Source of the DNA: Octopus sinensis
Taxonomy: Eukaryota
Length of the DNA: 64,000 nucleotides
Assembly (NCBI RefSeq): GCF_006345805.1
Contig: NC_043006.1
Span: 87,978,001 to 88,042,000 of the forward strand
Direction: 5' to 3'
In this document: one piece after another, positions 24,601 through 39,890 of the stretch
Layout of the letters: every line of letters starts with the position of its first letter
Position numbering within the stretch: the first letter of the stretch is position 1
The notes under the pieces: generated by a model
The model's database searches: none
Seen by the model: the letters and a program-made list of their open reading frames with translations, nothing else
Told to the model about the DNA's origin: nothing
Position numbers and translations under genes: made by a program

Positions 24601-27600
24601 TTTATATTTTATTACCATTGTTGTTATTGTAGATCCTTATTTGTTTTCTTTGATTCTAGAGTTTACTATTAATTCTATATATGTATATATTATGTATAAT
24701 ATGCTGTGGGTGCAGTATGGCCAAATGGTTAAGAATTTACTACACAGCCATGAAGTCTTGGCTTCAATCCTACAGTGTGACATCATGAACAAATATCATC
24801 TTCAATAACTTTGGTTTGACCCATTTCATATGAGTGAAATGGTTAACTGAAATTGTATAAAAATGCTCGTTGAGTAGAATCTACCTGTAATTCAAAAGGT
24901 ACACCCTTATCACATGCTGATTCCACTTGTATTTTAATTCAAGGGCAGGTAATTCATTGATCTAACAACTGACATTTTCCAGCCAACATATCTATGATAT
25001 TACCTGCCCTTGTATCCCTCTTGGGGATACAAGCAAAGACTTAAGTACCAGCCAAGTGCTGGATTTGATGTAATCAACTGATTCTGGTACTTACTGCATT
25101 TCTGAGAAACGATATGGCTGAGAATGTCAAACAAATTTTAAGAGCAATATGTGATTTAATGGTGTTAATTTTAATGTAAAACTATTTCTGTGGGGGCCAG
25201 ACATCTTAGATAATTTTAGCTTTGAATACTTGAAATTGCTTGATGCAAGTGGACAAGAAAAAAAGCTAAGTAAATAGTAATAACAAAACTTATAAAAATT
25301 ATTTTTCTTTTTACTACTACTACTACTACTGCTACTGCTGCAGTAGCCTGTATGCAGAATCCTTAGTGCATCAGACAAGTTGTTTAGTGGCATTTCTGAG
25401 ATCAAATACTGGCAAGGTCAACTTAGCTTTACATCTTTCAGGATCAGTAAGGTACCAGTCAAGTACTGAAGTTGATACAATCAACTTATCTCTCTCCTCA
25501 AAACTACTGGCCTTGTGCCAGAAATTATGAAGAATTATTGTTATTGTTATTGTCATTATCATCATCATCATCATTATTATTATTATTACTATTATTTTTT
25601 TACTCTAGTAGTGCAAAAGCACATTTCATTCAAACATTACTAAATGAAATTTTCATTTGTGTACTTGTAAGAAGAATTATAATTTCTTAAAGGGCTGCTC
25701 TTGATACCTGACGTAGTTGACAGAAGAAAAGAGATTGGCTTCATAAACCTTTAAAATTTTATTCACACATTACATTTCCATATCCAAGATGGCTGCCATA
25801 CATAACTGTGCTACACAATAAAACACTACAACGAGTAAAAGAACACAAAATCAACAACACAACTAAATGTACAATAGAGAGCAGACAATGAACAACACAG
25901 AGGAAATTAATAGAAGAAAATGTCCCAAATATTCAAATGAATAAGTTGGAAGACAGCAACAGTAATGACAATAATAATAGCAGTAGCCACAATTCCAGAT
26001 ATTATGATCCATTCATTTAGCATCTATGTGAAAATAAGCCTTCCTTCAATACAAAATGAGAATATAGAATCCTTAGATCTATCTCAGTTACAAGAAAAAT
26101 GTAGATGGGAGAATTATGTAAGACTGAACTGTATTTCTTTGTCCACAGGTGATAGGCAAGGAGAGGGAGCAAAGAGAACATTTATATATCTCTGCTTTCA
26201 AAAAGACAGAAACTGATTACACTTTCCATTTCATCAAGTATCGAGAGAAGCCGTATCAAACGAAAAAGCAAAAGCTATGGTTCTATCTGCTGTGTCTTTA
26301 TAACAGAAAATACAGCCAAAACATTGTCAGTCATACTTCTGATATGTGTAATTTGTGCCACAGTACATGGATCAAAGAAATACAAGAATTACAATAAGAG
26401 ACATTGGATGTGATGTAGATCTATGGCTAGTTGTAACCTTTTGATAATGTATGGAAGAGTAGTCAATGTAGGCTAACAAAAGGTGATCTGTGGTCAGGAT
26501 GTGTTAAAATGGACTTGAAAGTGCTAATGATTTCTGAAGGCTACAAAGCTACATTGGAATTGTGCACCGTAGAATATATTAAAACAAAAGACGTAAAGGT
26601 TAATGATACAGAACAGAAAACCTATTTGATACATTTGATTGTGTAAAAGGTACACCTTAGAGCTAAATGCCGAAAAGGACTTGGAAGATTAAACAAAAAC
26701 ATAGAAAATGAATATAATGAATAGCAGCAACAAAAAGAAACAAAATCCTGTTTCTGTAGTGAAGGAAATATCTTTAAGTGCAGTTTTACAATTAGATTAG
26801 CAAACATTTCTTCTAACAGTACTAACTTGTTGTACCACATTTTAATCACTCGATGAGGAAGAAATAGAAGTTACGCATATAATACTCAAATGCTCAGTGA
26901 AAATACAAGGAGAAAAAGAGGAAAAAGTTCACAAAAAGAGAAGACTCAACACAAAACATTAGAAATAGGTAAGGAGAAGCAATTTCTTTCAAACAACAAA
27001 ATCTTTTAACAAGAACGGAGCAAAAATGAAGTAAGATTTGCCATTCTTTGAAAATCAAACAATCTATGACAAAATTATTCATTTCTTGCATCACAAGCCT
27101 CTCCAAAGTAGTGTGAATGACACAAAAACAATTTTGTTCAGAATATATAAAGCATGGAAAAGATAAATTACAAGTGAAATTAAAATTAAGACATTATAGC
27201 GAACTTTAAAGAGAATACCCCAAAATGGCATTTTTCAACACTAAATGTCTCAAAAAATTCTTACTGATGCATTCGGTTGCACTTGAACGCAATTTGAGAA
27301 ATGATTAAGTGAACAGGGTCGTGAAGTGCCCAACTTCTTACTAGCTTGAAATCTTTCATGTTTTATTTCTTTAAATTATGTTTTGATTTAGTTATTGTGT
27401 TTTATTGTACTTTTTAAATTTAACTTTGTGCAATTATGCATGTGTATATATGTGTATGTGTGTAAGTGTGTGTGTGTGTGTGAATTGACATGGGGTGATG
27501 ATGAATCAGTTTTTAAGCTTAAAATGAATTTTGCTGTTGTAATTGTTGAGGATTATATTATCAACAGCAACATGTCTGTCACAGTATAATGCTGATATTT

Positions 27601-29459
27601 AGGCTATCGATTCGAGAAGTGGGGTACAAAATTTATATGTGCTAAATCTGATTGCAGACATAGAAGAAAAACAGCAAATTAATTACTTTAAAGAATCAAA
27701 CTTCTAAAAGGATGGAAAGCAAAATTGACCTCATAAGAAACTGAAATCAGCTCAATATGACTCAGAACAAAATACTATGAAGGATGCAGGAGAGATGTAA
27801 TGACTCAATCTATACGTGAAAGTAACCAGAGTCATATGTGTGTGTAGTCATACAGCATGTGTATGTGTGTGTGTGTGTGTGTGTGCATGCACACACATAT
27901 GAAACTATATCCAGTAATAAGGCAGGGGGAAAATAGATGGTATGATTAAAACAATGATACAGAGTTATGTTTGATAGATAGCCAGATCGATGGACGGAGA
28001 ATTAGGTTGATTGGACGTAGAGTTAAATAAGAGACATAGGTTTGTGGTAGAGCGGAAATGGGTGGAATCATGCTACATAACCCAGTTGATAAGCTTGATT
28101 GAAATAAAACAAGCTGGTTGGTTAAATGGGTGTTTGCTAGTGATCCACTAATTAGCAGGGTAGTATCATTGTCATTGGTAGTGGAGGGGTTGGAGGCAAT
28201 GAAGGCAGCAGTGTTGGTGGGTTGTCAAGGTTACTAAAGCAATGATACTAATCAGGTTTGTCTCTCTGCTGACACATCTAAGATAATTTGATTAAGTCTG
28301 GAACATATTCCATGCTTAGACTAAGAAAGGGTACTGCATTCATCATCACTAATGTTTCTATCCTTATTACAACTACTAACATGATATGCATTGGTCATCA
28401 TCATAATTATTACCATCGCTATCATCATTAACACTAGTATCACACCACCATCGCCACTACTATCACTACCATTATCACCAACACCACCATTACTACATCA
28501 CCACCATTGCCACCATCACCTTCACTAAGATTTCTACCACTAAAATGTAATGCCATCTATTTCCTGCTAATTTTCAATCGTCGTAACAACCAATAACTTT
28601 GTATTACATGTGACCAACAATAAATATCTTCCTCATCATTCTCCTCAAAACACCTATTAAAAATATCATCATTATCATCACTATCATCTTCATTATCATC
28701 ATCATCATCAAAATTACACCAGCTACTGGTATCTTTTACATCACCAGTATCATTTACCTACACATCAAAACATCATCAACTGTTAAGAGTATCTTTTTCC
28801 ATAATAGCACAACTAATACACTACATTCACCAAAAATGTCAATACCATTACTAGCTTAATTATTAAAAGTTTACTTCTTATTTACACGTGCACACACACA
28901 AACACATACATACACACACATGCACATGCGTGCACACACACATTCACATCATCATCATTTAATGTTTATTGTTCATGCTTGCATGGGTTGGATGGTTCAA
29001 ACACAATCTAATGCATCAGAAAACCATACCATGCCCAAATGTTTGCTTTTGGTATAGTTACTACTACTGGATCCCCTTCCTAAGGCCAGCTACTTTACAG
29101 AGTGTACTGGATACCTTTTCTACAACACCAGCGCTAAAAGAGAACAGAGAACAGGAAAATGATGACACGATGATTTTAGGCAAGAAGATGAATGTAAAGT
29201 ATGATGAAAGAAACAGGTTTACAGTTGTGAGAAGGTGGTAATAGAGAGAGTAACAGATTAGACACGATTGGAAGATATTACGCAAGGCTGATAGTGGAAT
29301 AGAACAAGTGTAACTGATAAAATGGGGAAATATGTGATTTGATTGCTGAAGACACCAGGGCTGTGGAAAAGAAGTGTGAGAATACAAAGTGTGGAGGATG
29401 TAAGGTGAGATGGTGATGAAGTAGATTTAACAAGGAATAAATACACACACACACATGCT

Positions 29460-29660
29460 CAGAGTGCAGCTTTTGCCATGTCAGTGCAGTTCCTTTCATC
29501 TTCTCTATGAGATGCAACATCTTCAAGTCAGCCTTTACCCTATTCTAATTCTTCCTTGGTCTCCCTCCTTTGCTCGTATCACAGGCTTAAAATAGCATTT
29601 CCCTATGCTGCAATCATCCTCCATATTTATCACATGCCCATACCAATATATCCTTCTCTT
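29460..29660 (-). pseudogene. RTE ORF2 remnant
   Basis: Minus-strand WYGHVINMEDD and ...ADLKMLHL-type motifs. Confidence 0.6.
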
Positions 29661-30191
29661 GCACATTACATCTGTTTCCCTTTATAGTCGGTTTTTTTTT
29701 GTCTATTTTTTATTCAGCTTATTTGTACTCTGGCATTCAAACACATTTTGCTATCTCTAACAAATTTTGAAGAAAGGTAGCTACAGCCAGTGAAACTGAT
29801 ATAAAACCAGTTCTTAAATTCTACAAGCAGACTACAGTTGAAAAAGGAGAGCAACACTTCAGAGTGCAATGTAGCAGAGGATAATCAGCACAGTGCCCAC
29901 CACATATAGGTAGTGGTTTCTACTGCTTTGTTGCTGTTTTTTTTTTTTTTTACTATATATCATTATAAATTTTTAACATTTTTCAGGTTCTGTAGTATTT
30001 TTGTCCCTTGGCATTGTACAGCAGTTGTACACCCACCATATTGGTATAAAACAAAGTTTCTGCGAGGCTCATAAGGCTAATAAAGAAAAGACTACTACCA
30101 CTATTAATACTACTACTACCACCACCACCACCTGCTGCTGCTGCTACTACTGCTACTACTACTTACTACAACTGCTGCTACTACTACTACA

Positions 30192-30225
<34 letters not shown>

Positions 30226-31419
30226 TATCTTTTCTCTTAAAATGGTTTTTCCTGTAAATTCAGATCACTAAAATCTAAATATACACAACTGTTTATTTAA
30301 AAAAATTAAAGCTATCTCACATATAACCCCACACTCTTCACTACACACACACACAAACACACACACCACACACACAAAGTATAGTGACACCAAAATTTAA
30401 AACAGAAAACAAAAGAATTTTCTGGTTATTAAATTACTTACAAATCAAGATTTTTAGCTCTCTTGCAAATTAAAATCTTTGAGAAAACCGAATTCAAATT
30501 AAGACAAAAAAAAAAAAATTTTAATAAGATATTAGAACCATTGTGACAAACAAAACAGCAAAAAGATATATCAGAATAAAAGTTGTAAAAAAAAGTGAAT
30601 AAGGTGAATATCGTGATTGTTTTTTTATATTATCAAAGACAATTGCAGTAGATTGATTGCTTACTGTAACAAAGTTAAAGACAGGAACTAATTTTACATA
30701 CTTCACTTGATACAAACCTAATTATAAGCCTTTGATCAAAAGATTTTCCAAGAATGCTGCTGCTCTGCTACTACAAAATCTTTTATTTATTTCTTTGGGT
30801 GGGTGGTTAAATGCAAGGTACACATTCACACTGAAATGTGTATGGCTTCTCATGCATGCATGCATACACACATACATCCATAACCATCACTCCCACATGA
30901 GTATGACTTGCTGGCAAGTAACATGTTAATTGTTTTAGGTGCCTCTGTAGTTAAAAGCAGGCACAGTTGTTCGTTCAGTTTCCCTGCCCTTGACTTAGCT
31001 AAACATCAATGACGTGCCAGCTGAAGACGGAGAAGGTGGCACCAGCAATCAGCTGGTACTTATTTTCAGTTAAATAAGTTGAATCAAAGTGAAACGAAAG
31101 GACTTGCTGAAGGACACAACACACTACCTGGTCTTATGACTGTAAACCAAACACCCTGCTCACTAGGCCACACACTTTCACATATACCTACTTACCTACC
31201 TACCTACTTACCTACCTACATACCTACATACATACATACATACATACATACATACATACATACATGCATGCATGCAAACCTATATATTGAGTCATTCCAT
31301 AAATAATGCGGTTTTTTCAATAGCATGAACTAAAAGTTGGTGGAGGGGAGGGACAGGATAAACTACCTGCATCAGCTTGCTATAAAAGCAGGCAATAATT
31401 TTACCTTGTACTTATTCTG

Positions 31420-33430
31420 GGTGCTTCTAGTACTTCATCATGGGCCAGCATCTTGAAATTAAACACAAAGAGTGACTGTATTATCATTGATATAATACAG
31501 TATCGCAAAGGCATATTCCAAGGGGACAGCCTCTCTGTGATGTTGTTTATACTTTCTGTAAAACCCTTGTCATTCATGTTAAAGAAGTCTGAAGGATATC
31601 TCACTGATTCACAAGGAAACAGAAATACCAAAATTACACGCTGTTTCTTTGTGGATGACTTGAAACTTTATGCGAAGAATATGCATGAGATGAAAAAGAG
31701 CCTTGACCTAGTTACAACATTCTCAAAGAATGTAGGTTAGTGTTTGGTCAGAATGACTGTTGTTATATGGTTGTGAAAAGGGGGAAAACCATAAACCAGA
31801 CCAGCAACATCTCCATCAATCAACTGTTTCTCCTATATCTGACAAGGAATGTTACAGATATCTAGGGGTGGATGAAAACATATCTTACAATGGCACCTGT
31901 AACAAAACACGTATCACCAAAGTGTATTACAGCTGAATAAAGAAAATTTGGACCTCAGAACTCTCTGCATTCAATAAAACAGTGGCTCACTATGTGTTTG
32001 TAGTGCCATACACATACCGACGTTTGGGCTGCTTGACTGGATACTTGATGAGATCTGAGCCATTGATGTGAAAACCCGAAAAATACTAACAAGCACACAT
32101 AATTTCCACATAAACAGTGATGTAGACTGCCTCTACCTAAAATGGAAACAAGGCAGAAGAGGCTTAACATCGATCCAAAATGCCTTTGAATGTCATATCA
32201 TATCCCTGTGGTAACATCTTTTAACCACCAAATGTCGAAGCGCATCCCTTAACCAAATTTGCATACATGAAGATGATAACATCATAAGACTTAGAAGGCA
32301 GTTCCTTGAGCAATGTTCTTTGTCTGACAACCTAGAATACATGCCCATAGAAGTCACATGACTCTACCTCAATGTATCATCAGATGAAAGGATGAACCTG
32401 TATGAGTAGAAGAGTATGCATGGATATGTTAATAGAAAGCTCCAAGATGATTGTAATATCCATCATCAAAGCAGTTTATCATGGACCAATAGCCAGATTA
32501 CTACCTTCCATTTTGAAGGGTATGCATTTGTAATCGAAGAACAAGAAATATCAACTAAGTACTTGATGAACAAAAGGTACTGATGTAGAAAAAGCAGTAA
32601 AATGTGACTACCAATGGAGACTTTGTGGAGTTAACACTGAGGATATCACCCACATCATAAGCAGTTGTCCAAAAATGTGATCACAGTATTATCTACCAAT
32701 GAGACATGATATTGTAGCTAGGACATTCTATAATGAAATCTGTCAGAAAGACAACCCTGAGGACAAAGAAGTAAGAACTCATAGTGTGGTAGAAGTCATA
32801 GCCACTCATAATAAAAAGCAGTACTGGTGTAATATCCCAGTGAAGACCTCAATAAAATGTAAGCAGAACAGACTTGATATAATGATTTGGGATATAAAAG
32901 AGAAACTGTGCACAGTTGTGGAAATTAGCTTCCCAGCAGATGTTATCATAAAGCTGAAGATGAGTGAAAAAAAGAATACCTATGCTGAACTATTGAGAAA
33001 TCTGCAGTTACTCTATCCAGATTACAAGTTCAGATTTATACCTGTAATCATTGAGGCCCTGGGATATGTAGCACACTGCCTAAATACCAATCTTGAGAAA
33101 TTAAGCTTCTCAAAATCAGAAAGGAGAAAGCTAATTTGAAGACTATAAATCCAATCCATCACTGGAACTGTAAAAAATCTGTAAAACTTGCCAGAAGTTA
33201 GCATTTAAATATATATGAACATATCTAGATAGGCTACTATCTACACATATACACACATACAAGCAAAAATACCTTGTTGTTGATGTTGAAATTCCAATGA
33301 AGGAGCCTTGAATCTAGGTAAGAAACTGGCTCTTTCTCTATTGGTAAGAAATCTTGAAATAAAACTGAACAATGATATACATACATACATACATACCTAC
33401 ATACATACATACATACATACATACATAAGT
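31420..33430 (+). mobile_element. 5'-truncated, disrupted R4/Dong-clade non-LTR retrotransposon (RT, CCHC zinc knuckle, restriction-like endonuclease) with 3' UTR and (TACA)n tail
   Basis: GIFQGDSLS, FFVDDLKLY, YRYLG, DVKTRKILT, SDVDCLYL, RLCG..EDITHIISSCP..RHD, RLDIMIWD..VVEIS..K, IPVIIEALG; multiple stops and frameshifts. Confidence 0.85.
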
Positions 33431-34169
33431 ACATACATTCTTACATATATATATATTACACAAGTAATGGGAATTAAGTGCCTTAATAAACACATTTAAT
33501 TTTCTCATGTATTAAGTCCTATTTTCATTCATTTCTACATCTACATTTATGATTGCTTCAAACATTATCAAGTGCTATCTATAGATAAGTAACAGACAGT
33601 TGAAGACATACAACTGTTTCTATATTCATTGAAAGATATCCAAATACCATCAAAGAGGCTTTATCTAACATGCTTTACATGCTTTATTAAGAAGACAGTA
33701 TGCTTAAATGCATATGTTAAAAAGTCAACTTCTTTGAGAATCTAACTGATGGTACATTCACAGATACATTTGGCTTCGAATCACAGAAGATCCTTGAGTG
33801 GTTTGAAGTTGATTTGATAAACAGTGACAAAAAGACAAGGTTTTGGCAATATTTTAGCTCATTTCTGAACGTTTTAAACAATTACTTGGCACATTTCAAG
33901 CAATACTCTCATGACACATGCTTACTGTTAAAACAAAGGAAGTATATAAAACAAAAGCAACCACACACCTATGACTTGTTACATTACTATAACATACAAG
34001 AGACCTAACAACTAACATTGAATTAAACACAGAAGTGAGGAAGCTAGCCACACTCTTAAGGATAGCTAATCATAAATATTGCTTGCCATATATTCTATGT
34101 TACACTTAAGAATCACAATTCCAAAAATCTATCCAATGCATGCTGATCCATCTGTCTAAGTGCCTTAAT

Positions 34170-35075
34170 AAATACAAGCCAGGCTGGCAGGTGGGGTGAG
34201 GGAAGAAACTGTGGACCAGGAGGTTACGCAGGGTGTAGGCTTGTTTGAAGGGATGGGGTTGGTTGGGGAAGATGTGCAAGGTGGAGGGGTCGGACTGGAG
34301 TCGCTGGAAGGCTTGGAGAATGGTGCATTGGAGGGGTAGTAGGTGAGGGGAAACAGGAGACAGGCAATGGCAGGGTGGGTGTGGGGAGAGAGAGCAGAGG
34401 CACAGTCCATGGAATATGGTCTGTGTGGATAGTGGTAAGGGAATATTCACGAAAGATGAAGTGGTGAGCCATGAGTTGAGACTGAGTCTCAAAGTCATGG
34501 TTGTCACTGCAGAACCAGTGCAGATGGAGGAAATGGGAGTAGGGAATGAAGAGCTTGATGTGGGTAGAGTGGGAGGAGGAAAAGTTAAGGTTTGAATGTG
34601 AGTCAGTGTGTTTATAGTGGATGGAGATAGTGAGAGCAGAGTGGTGTATGCTGGCTGAAATGTTGAGAAATGCAACAGAAGTGTTAGAGATAGTGCAGGA
34701 GAATTCAAGGGCAAGATTGGACAAAAGAGAGGAAGGAGTTTAGTTGTTTGTGGGAGAGTGAGGTCGCACCGATACAGTCATCAATATAATGACCATATAG
34801 TCCGGGAGTGGGACCAGTGAATTGTGAGAATATTTGGGCCTCAACGTAGCCAATGAATAGTTTCATATAGTTGAGGCCCATTTACATTCCCATGGCCCGA
34901 GACCTGTTGGTAAAAATTCTCACTGCTAAGGCCTGTTAGTAAAAATCCCCCATGAACAAGAAGCAGTTGAGGGAGAGAACAAGTTCAGCCAGATGAAGAA
35001 GTGTGGAGGTGTCGAAAGTCTAGGAAGTGTTTGAGTGCAAGAAGTCCTTCATTGTGTGGGATCACCATATACATC
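34170..35075 (-). mobile_element. Penelope-like element RT remnant
   Basis: [75 protein letters not shown]...IPYSHF.HL..FCSD, TLRNLLVHS; the GIY-YIG domain is missing. Confidence 0.85.
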
Positions 35076-35165
<90 letters not shown>

Positions 35166-35229
35166 CATATATATACATATATAAATATGAACATATGTAT
35201 ATGTGTGTGTATATACATATCTATATATA

Positions 35230-35753
35230 TATCGTAAATCCTTGAGTATAATCCGCATTTTTTTCCCAAAGTTTAAAAGTCAAGATCCCTAGTGCGTACT
35301 ATATACGAGATTAAAAATGAAAAATATTTTCTAAGCAATGTCCGAGTCTCTATTTGCTGTCCAGCAATGTTTATTCAGATGCATTTTGTGATGTTGGACG
35401 CGAAAATACCTTAAGCTAAGTGTGAAAGCAATGAAGTCATAAAAGAATCATCCATAACTTGCAGTAAGCAACCTTTATTAGAATAAAAGTATTCAGAACA
35501 CAGAATAACATGTAACAAAAACAATGTGCAAGCATATTTACATTTCCATATAACAGTTAAGAACATCACCATTATTGTATTAAGCATGCGTGGAAGTGTT
35601 TGTTCAACTAGGTGCTGCTGGCTTAATTACGCACGACTCAAGTTAGAGAAGGGGTGCATATTATACACAAGGTTTAGGATTTTCAGAGGTACAGCACCCT
35701 AAACATCCTCTGTGTTTTATACACAAGGGTGGACTATACTCGAGGATTTATGG

Positions 35754-35755
<2 letters not shown>
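35230..35755. mobile_element. ~525-bp pogo/Tigger-type (TACCGTA-ended) MITE inserted in (TA)n
   Basis: atcgtaaatccttgagtata ... tatactcgaggatttatggta inverted ends; TA context on both sides. Confidence 0.75.
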
Positions 35756-35816
<61 letters not shown>

Positions 35817-35953
35817 GCACATATATATATGTATATGCATATGCACATATATATATATGTATATCCATATACATGTATATTATGTATATGTATATATATG
35901 TATATTATGTATACTATGTATATGTATATATATATATATATATATGTGTGTAT

Positions 35954-35989
<36 letters not shown>

Positions 35990-38512
35990 TATATATAGAT
36001 ATAATCAAATGAATAGTAGCATACAATGGATTATTGTCAGTTCATTACAGCTGTAATGAGCTGACAATTATCCATCATTTGTTATTATTCAATTGATTAT
36101 AATACACCAAGGGAATTTATGACTTGTTGGACACCCTAGAGTATACCAACAATATACTCTTCAAAGTAGTACGAGATTTGGACCAGCCTCTAAAGTGCTG
36201 AGTACTTCATAGTGTTGGTTTCTCTGTTGAACACAACCAAAATATCCTATCTGATATTTCGATTCTCACCAACCCTAGGCTGGAACTACAATAGGTTCAC
36301 ATTTAGTTCATATAAATGATATAAATGTACACTGCCTGATTTCTATTCAACAAATGCACACAAACACGCAGACATACATGTATACAAATATAAGCATGGT
36401 CAGCTATCTTATGTTTGCGTACAGCTTCTCCATTTGCTTCTTATCTATTGTAGATCTGCCTAAACTAAATCAGAAGTAAATATTATTTCCACCACTTATT
36501 TCAATAAATATTTTAATTACCGTTAATGATCTGCTATATGTTTGTGTTTATTGTGTTACGCTCTGTTGCCAAGCCCTTTGAGTTTATTATCTCTCCCTTC
36601 AGGGTTTATGTACTGCCCACTTCTACTGCATGATCCAGTAGTTATTGTACTACATACAACAGCTGCTGATTAAAGCTCTATCGTTTGCATTATATTGCAT
36701 TACCTTGTGATTTGTTACATTGTTATGAGGAACTATGTCTATTTTTATGGCTGATTCATTGATTAATTAATTGATTAATTAATTGTTTCTGTGAAAGGAA
36801 CTATAGGAGTGCCACTGTTGCCTTACCTTAGAAAATAATAGTTCTGATACCATCTACTTTCTCTCCAGAAACTAATCTGTCTCATGGGATATCTTAACAC
36901 CAGCAATAAATAGAAACTTAAACATGCCAGGAGTACAATGCCCAGCTTATTTATGACAGTATGTTGTGTATCCTTCCCTATATATCACATAGTTGCAGCT
37001 TCTTGAACTAAGCCAGTGAAAACTGAATGTTTTTGCTAGAAAAATAGTGCAGCAGAATATAAATTTTAAAAATGGGTGTTAATGTACATATGGTATTGAG
37101 AGAGAATGTTTTAATCAATACAAATCACACCTGTTGTGATTTCAAGTTAGTCAAAATTAATATAAGACAGAATAAAAATAAAAAGAAACAGAATGCAATA
37201 GGGAGGGATTTTGTTTTGGCAATATGGTAAAAATTTGGAAAATGTTTCAGTCTTGTTAGGCCTCATTAGCAAAATAAAATCTGGTGAACCATTATTTATT
37301 GGGTTAATATGCCAGTGTTAACTAGAACAACTGTGACTTTTCAGTATGAAGTCACACCTGTAATGATTTTGACGGAAAGGCCTGCTACATAATAATTAAG
37401 TGGGTGAGGAGGAGTAGAATTCTTGGTAAAAGATAGTTTTTGAATGATTGAAAGGACCATCCACTTTGTTAACTGTAATAGAGAAAGGATCATATTGAAT
37501 TGCAAGAGAAAGTAGAAAGCATTTTAAATAAATTCTCTCATATAAAATATTTAAATGCTTAAATTCATATATACAAATATCCTTTATCTGTGAAATGATT
37601 TGTGGAAGACTCTGCATTTACTTAGATATATAAGAACATATATTTATTACAAAAACACTATTTAATGATAAGCGTCTCTTTGTAGCTAACACTTCTATTT
37701 TCAGATTTTGTCACATTTTTTGATAAGTGCATGCAATCACAAGTGGGTAAATTTTAAATAAATAATATTTATCAAAGAATGAATTCCAACACTAAACTCA
37801 AGATAATAAAGCATGAATACTGTAGGAGTTAGGGCAGATTTAATATTCCATATAAAAAGCATTAAATATACATGAAAAATTTGGAATAAAATATGGTATT
37901 CAAGACAAAAAGAGAAAAAGAATAACGAAATAAATATTTTCCAACAAGATTCTACACTCTATCATCTATCCAAATCCTCAAAGAAATTTATTTGCAGATA
38001 ATGATTTTAATGTTGAGATTGGTTTTTATATTCTGTAGAAATACTTCTTGCAATAATTCAATTTGTAAACTGATGTAGTAGTGAGTTACTTACAACAGTT
38101 ATAAAAAGAAATCTATATATTCAAGCATTTGGTTTCAATAAAAGAGAAATAAGAACTCACAGCTCAAGTTCAAATAAACAATGGTTGGGTGTTTTTATGC
38201 AAACTACATGGATAAACAAAGCTGAACTACAAAAAAATCTTTTAATGAAGCCATTTTCCCCCATTAGAATATAAAGTTTAAACGGCATTCTAAATAATCA
38301 GTAGTAACTGTAAGACTAATGGGTGGAAATGTTTATACATGTGTTTGTGAAGTAAACTTAATCTGATATTTTGTATACTGTAACAGTATGTAATAAATTT
38401 AAGCTACATCATGGTAATGATACCAAAACGGTCTTTTAGCATATTTAAAAGTTTGCAGACATTCTATTTCTCTACTAAGCAAAAAGTAGCAAAAAAGAAT
38501 ATAGCTATAGTA

Positions 38513-38920
38513 ACCGGCCTCCATGCCAGTGGCACATAAAAGGCACCATTCATGTGTGATCATTACCAGCGTCGCCTGACTGGTACTCGAGCCCCATGCT
38601 AGTAGGGTGTTAAGAGCACCATTCGAGCGTGATCGTTACCAGCATCGCCTTATTGGCACCTGTGCCGGTGGCATGTGTAAAAGATTCGAGTGAGGTCATT
38701 GCCAGTACCCCTAACTGGCCCCGTGCCGGTGGCACGTAAAAGCACCCACTACACTCTTGGAGTGATTGGCATTAGGAAGGGCAACCAGCTGTCGGAACTC
38801 TGCCAGATCAAGATTGAAGCCTGGTGCAGCCATCTGGGTCACCAGCCCTCAGTCAAATAGTCCAACCCATGCTAGCATGGAAAGCGGACGTTAAACGATG
38901 ATGATGATGATGATGATGAC
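38513..38920 (+). mobile_element. RTE-tailed SINE-like repeat, family D, long copy
   Basis: Internal ggcac...aaa repeats; tail gttaaacg(atg)n. Confidence 0.85.
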
Positions 38921-39669
38921 ACACATGGATAGAAGAGAGAGAAATAGAAATATGTGTGGTTGAGAAGTTTGCATCACAATCTTATCGCACAGAAGCCTGT
39001 TGTATGCATATGTACATGTGTATGGGGGAGGTATACATGTGAGTGTGCATGTGTGTCTATGTATGAATGGTTAAGTAGTTTACTTCAAAATTATGCAATA
39101 CTATCTCGGGCAGGTGTCTTTTACTCAATTTTTACCCATCCCAATCCTTGCAAGGGAAACCTAGCAAGTAGAAGCTGAGGTGAAACTTGTCACATAGATT
39201 GTACCTATAATCCAGAGGTCCAACCTTGTAAGATCTAATATGCTGAATCTACTTAAAAATTACATTAACAGTATTCATATTTGTGGAACATTCAGCTGTT
39301 TGCATGCTTATATAATGAGCAGGTTATTCCATTGATTAAATAACTGAATGTTCATCATGAAAACTGTATTTGTATACCAATGTGCTTGTGAAATAAATAA
39401 TTGTATGTGTTACATGAATATATAGATCTGCTGTTTAGTACTTAACATAAATCAGACAAGAGAAAATTTGCTCAGTACAAGATACCAGTCTATGGTTAGT
39501 AATGTTAAATCCTGCTGACTGAATTATGTGTAACATAGATATGTGTCTAAAGATATTAATGATGTATGTATGAAAAGATACATTATATTTTGTGTATTTG
39601 CTTTCTTCTAGCAGTCGAGCAACATAGACTAGAGTGAAATTTTATGGCAAATTCTATGAATGAAATAGT

Positions 39670-39890
39670 ATAGATATCCTTTCTACTGAAGGCACAAGGC
39701 CTGAAATTTTTGGGGAGGGGGCTAGTCGATGACATCCACCCCAATGTTTCACTGGTACTCAATTTATCAATCCTGAACGGTCGAAAGGCAAAGTCAACCT
39801 CGGTAGAATTTTACCTCAGAACATAGCGGCAAAATACCGCTAAGCATTTTGCCCAGCATGCTAACGATTCTGCTAGATCACCTCCTTGAA
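39670..39890 (-). mobile_element. SINE family C variant
   Basis: gaaaggcaaagtcaacctcgg...aataccgctaagcattttgcccagcatgctaacgattctgc is the reverse complement of the C head and core. Confidence 0.75.

Noticed and set aside
25785-25797. YY1-like caagatggctgcc promoter motif
   Set aside because: Isolated short motif with no CpG island or linked exon
26640-27360. Decayed Harbinger-like transposase (DAFG motif)
   Set aside because: Only a 4-residue resemblance among many stops; not enough to call
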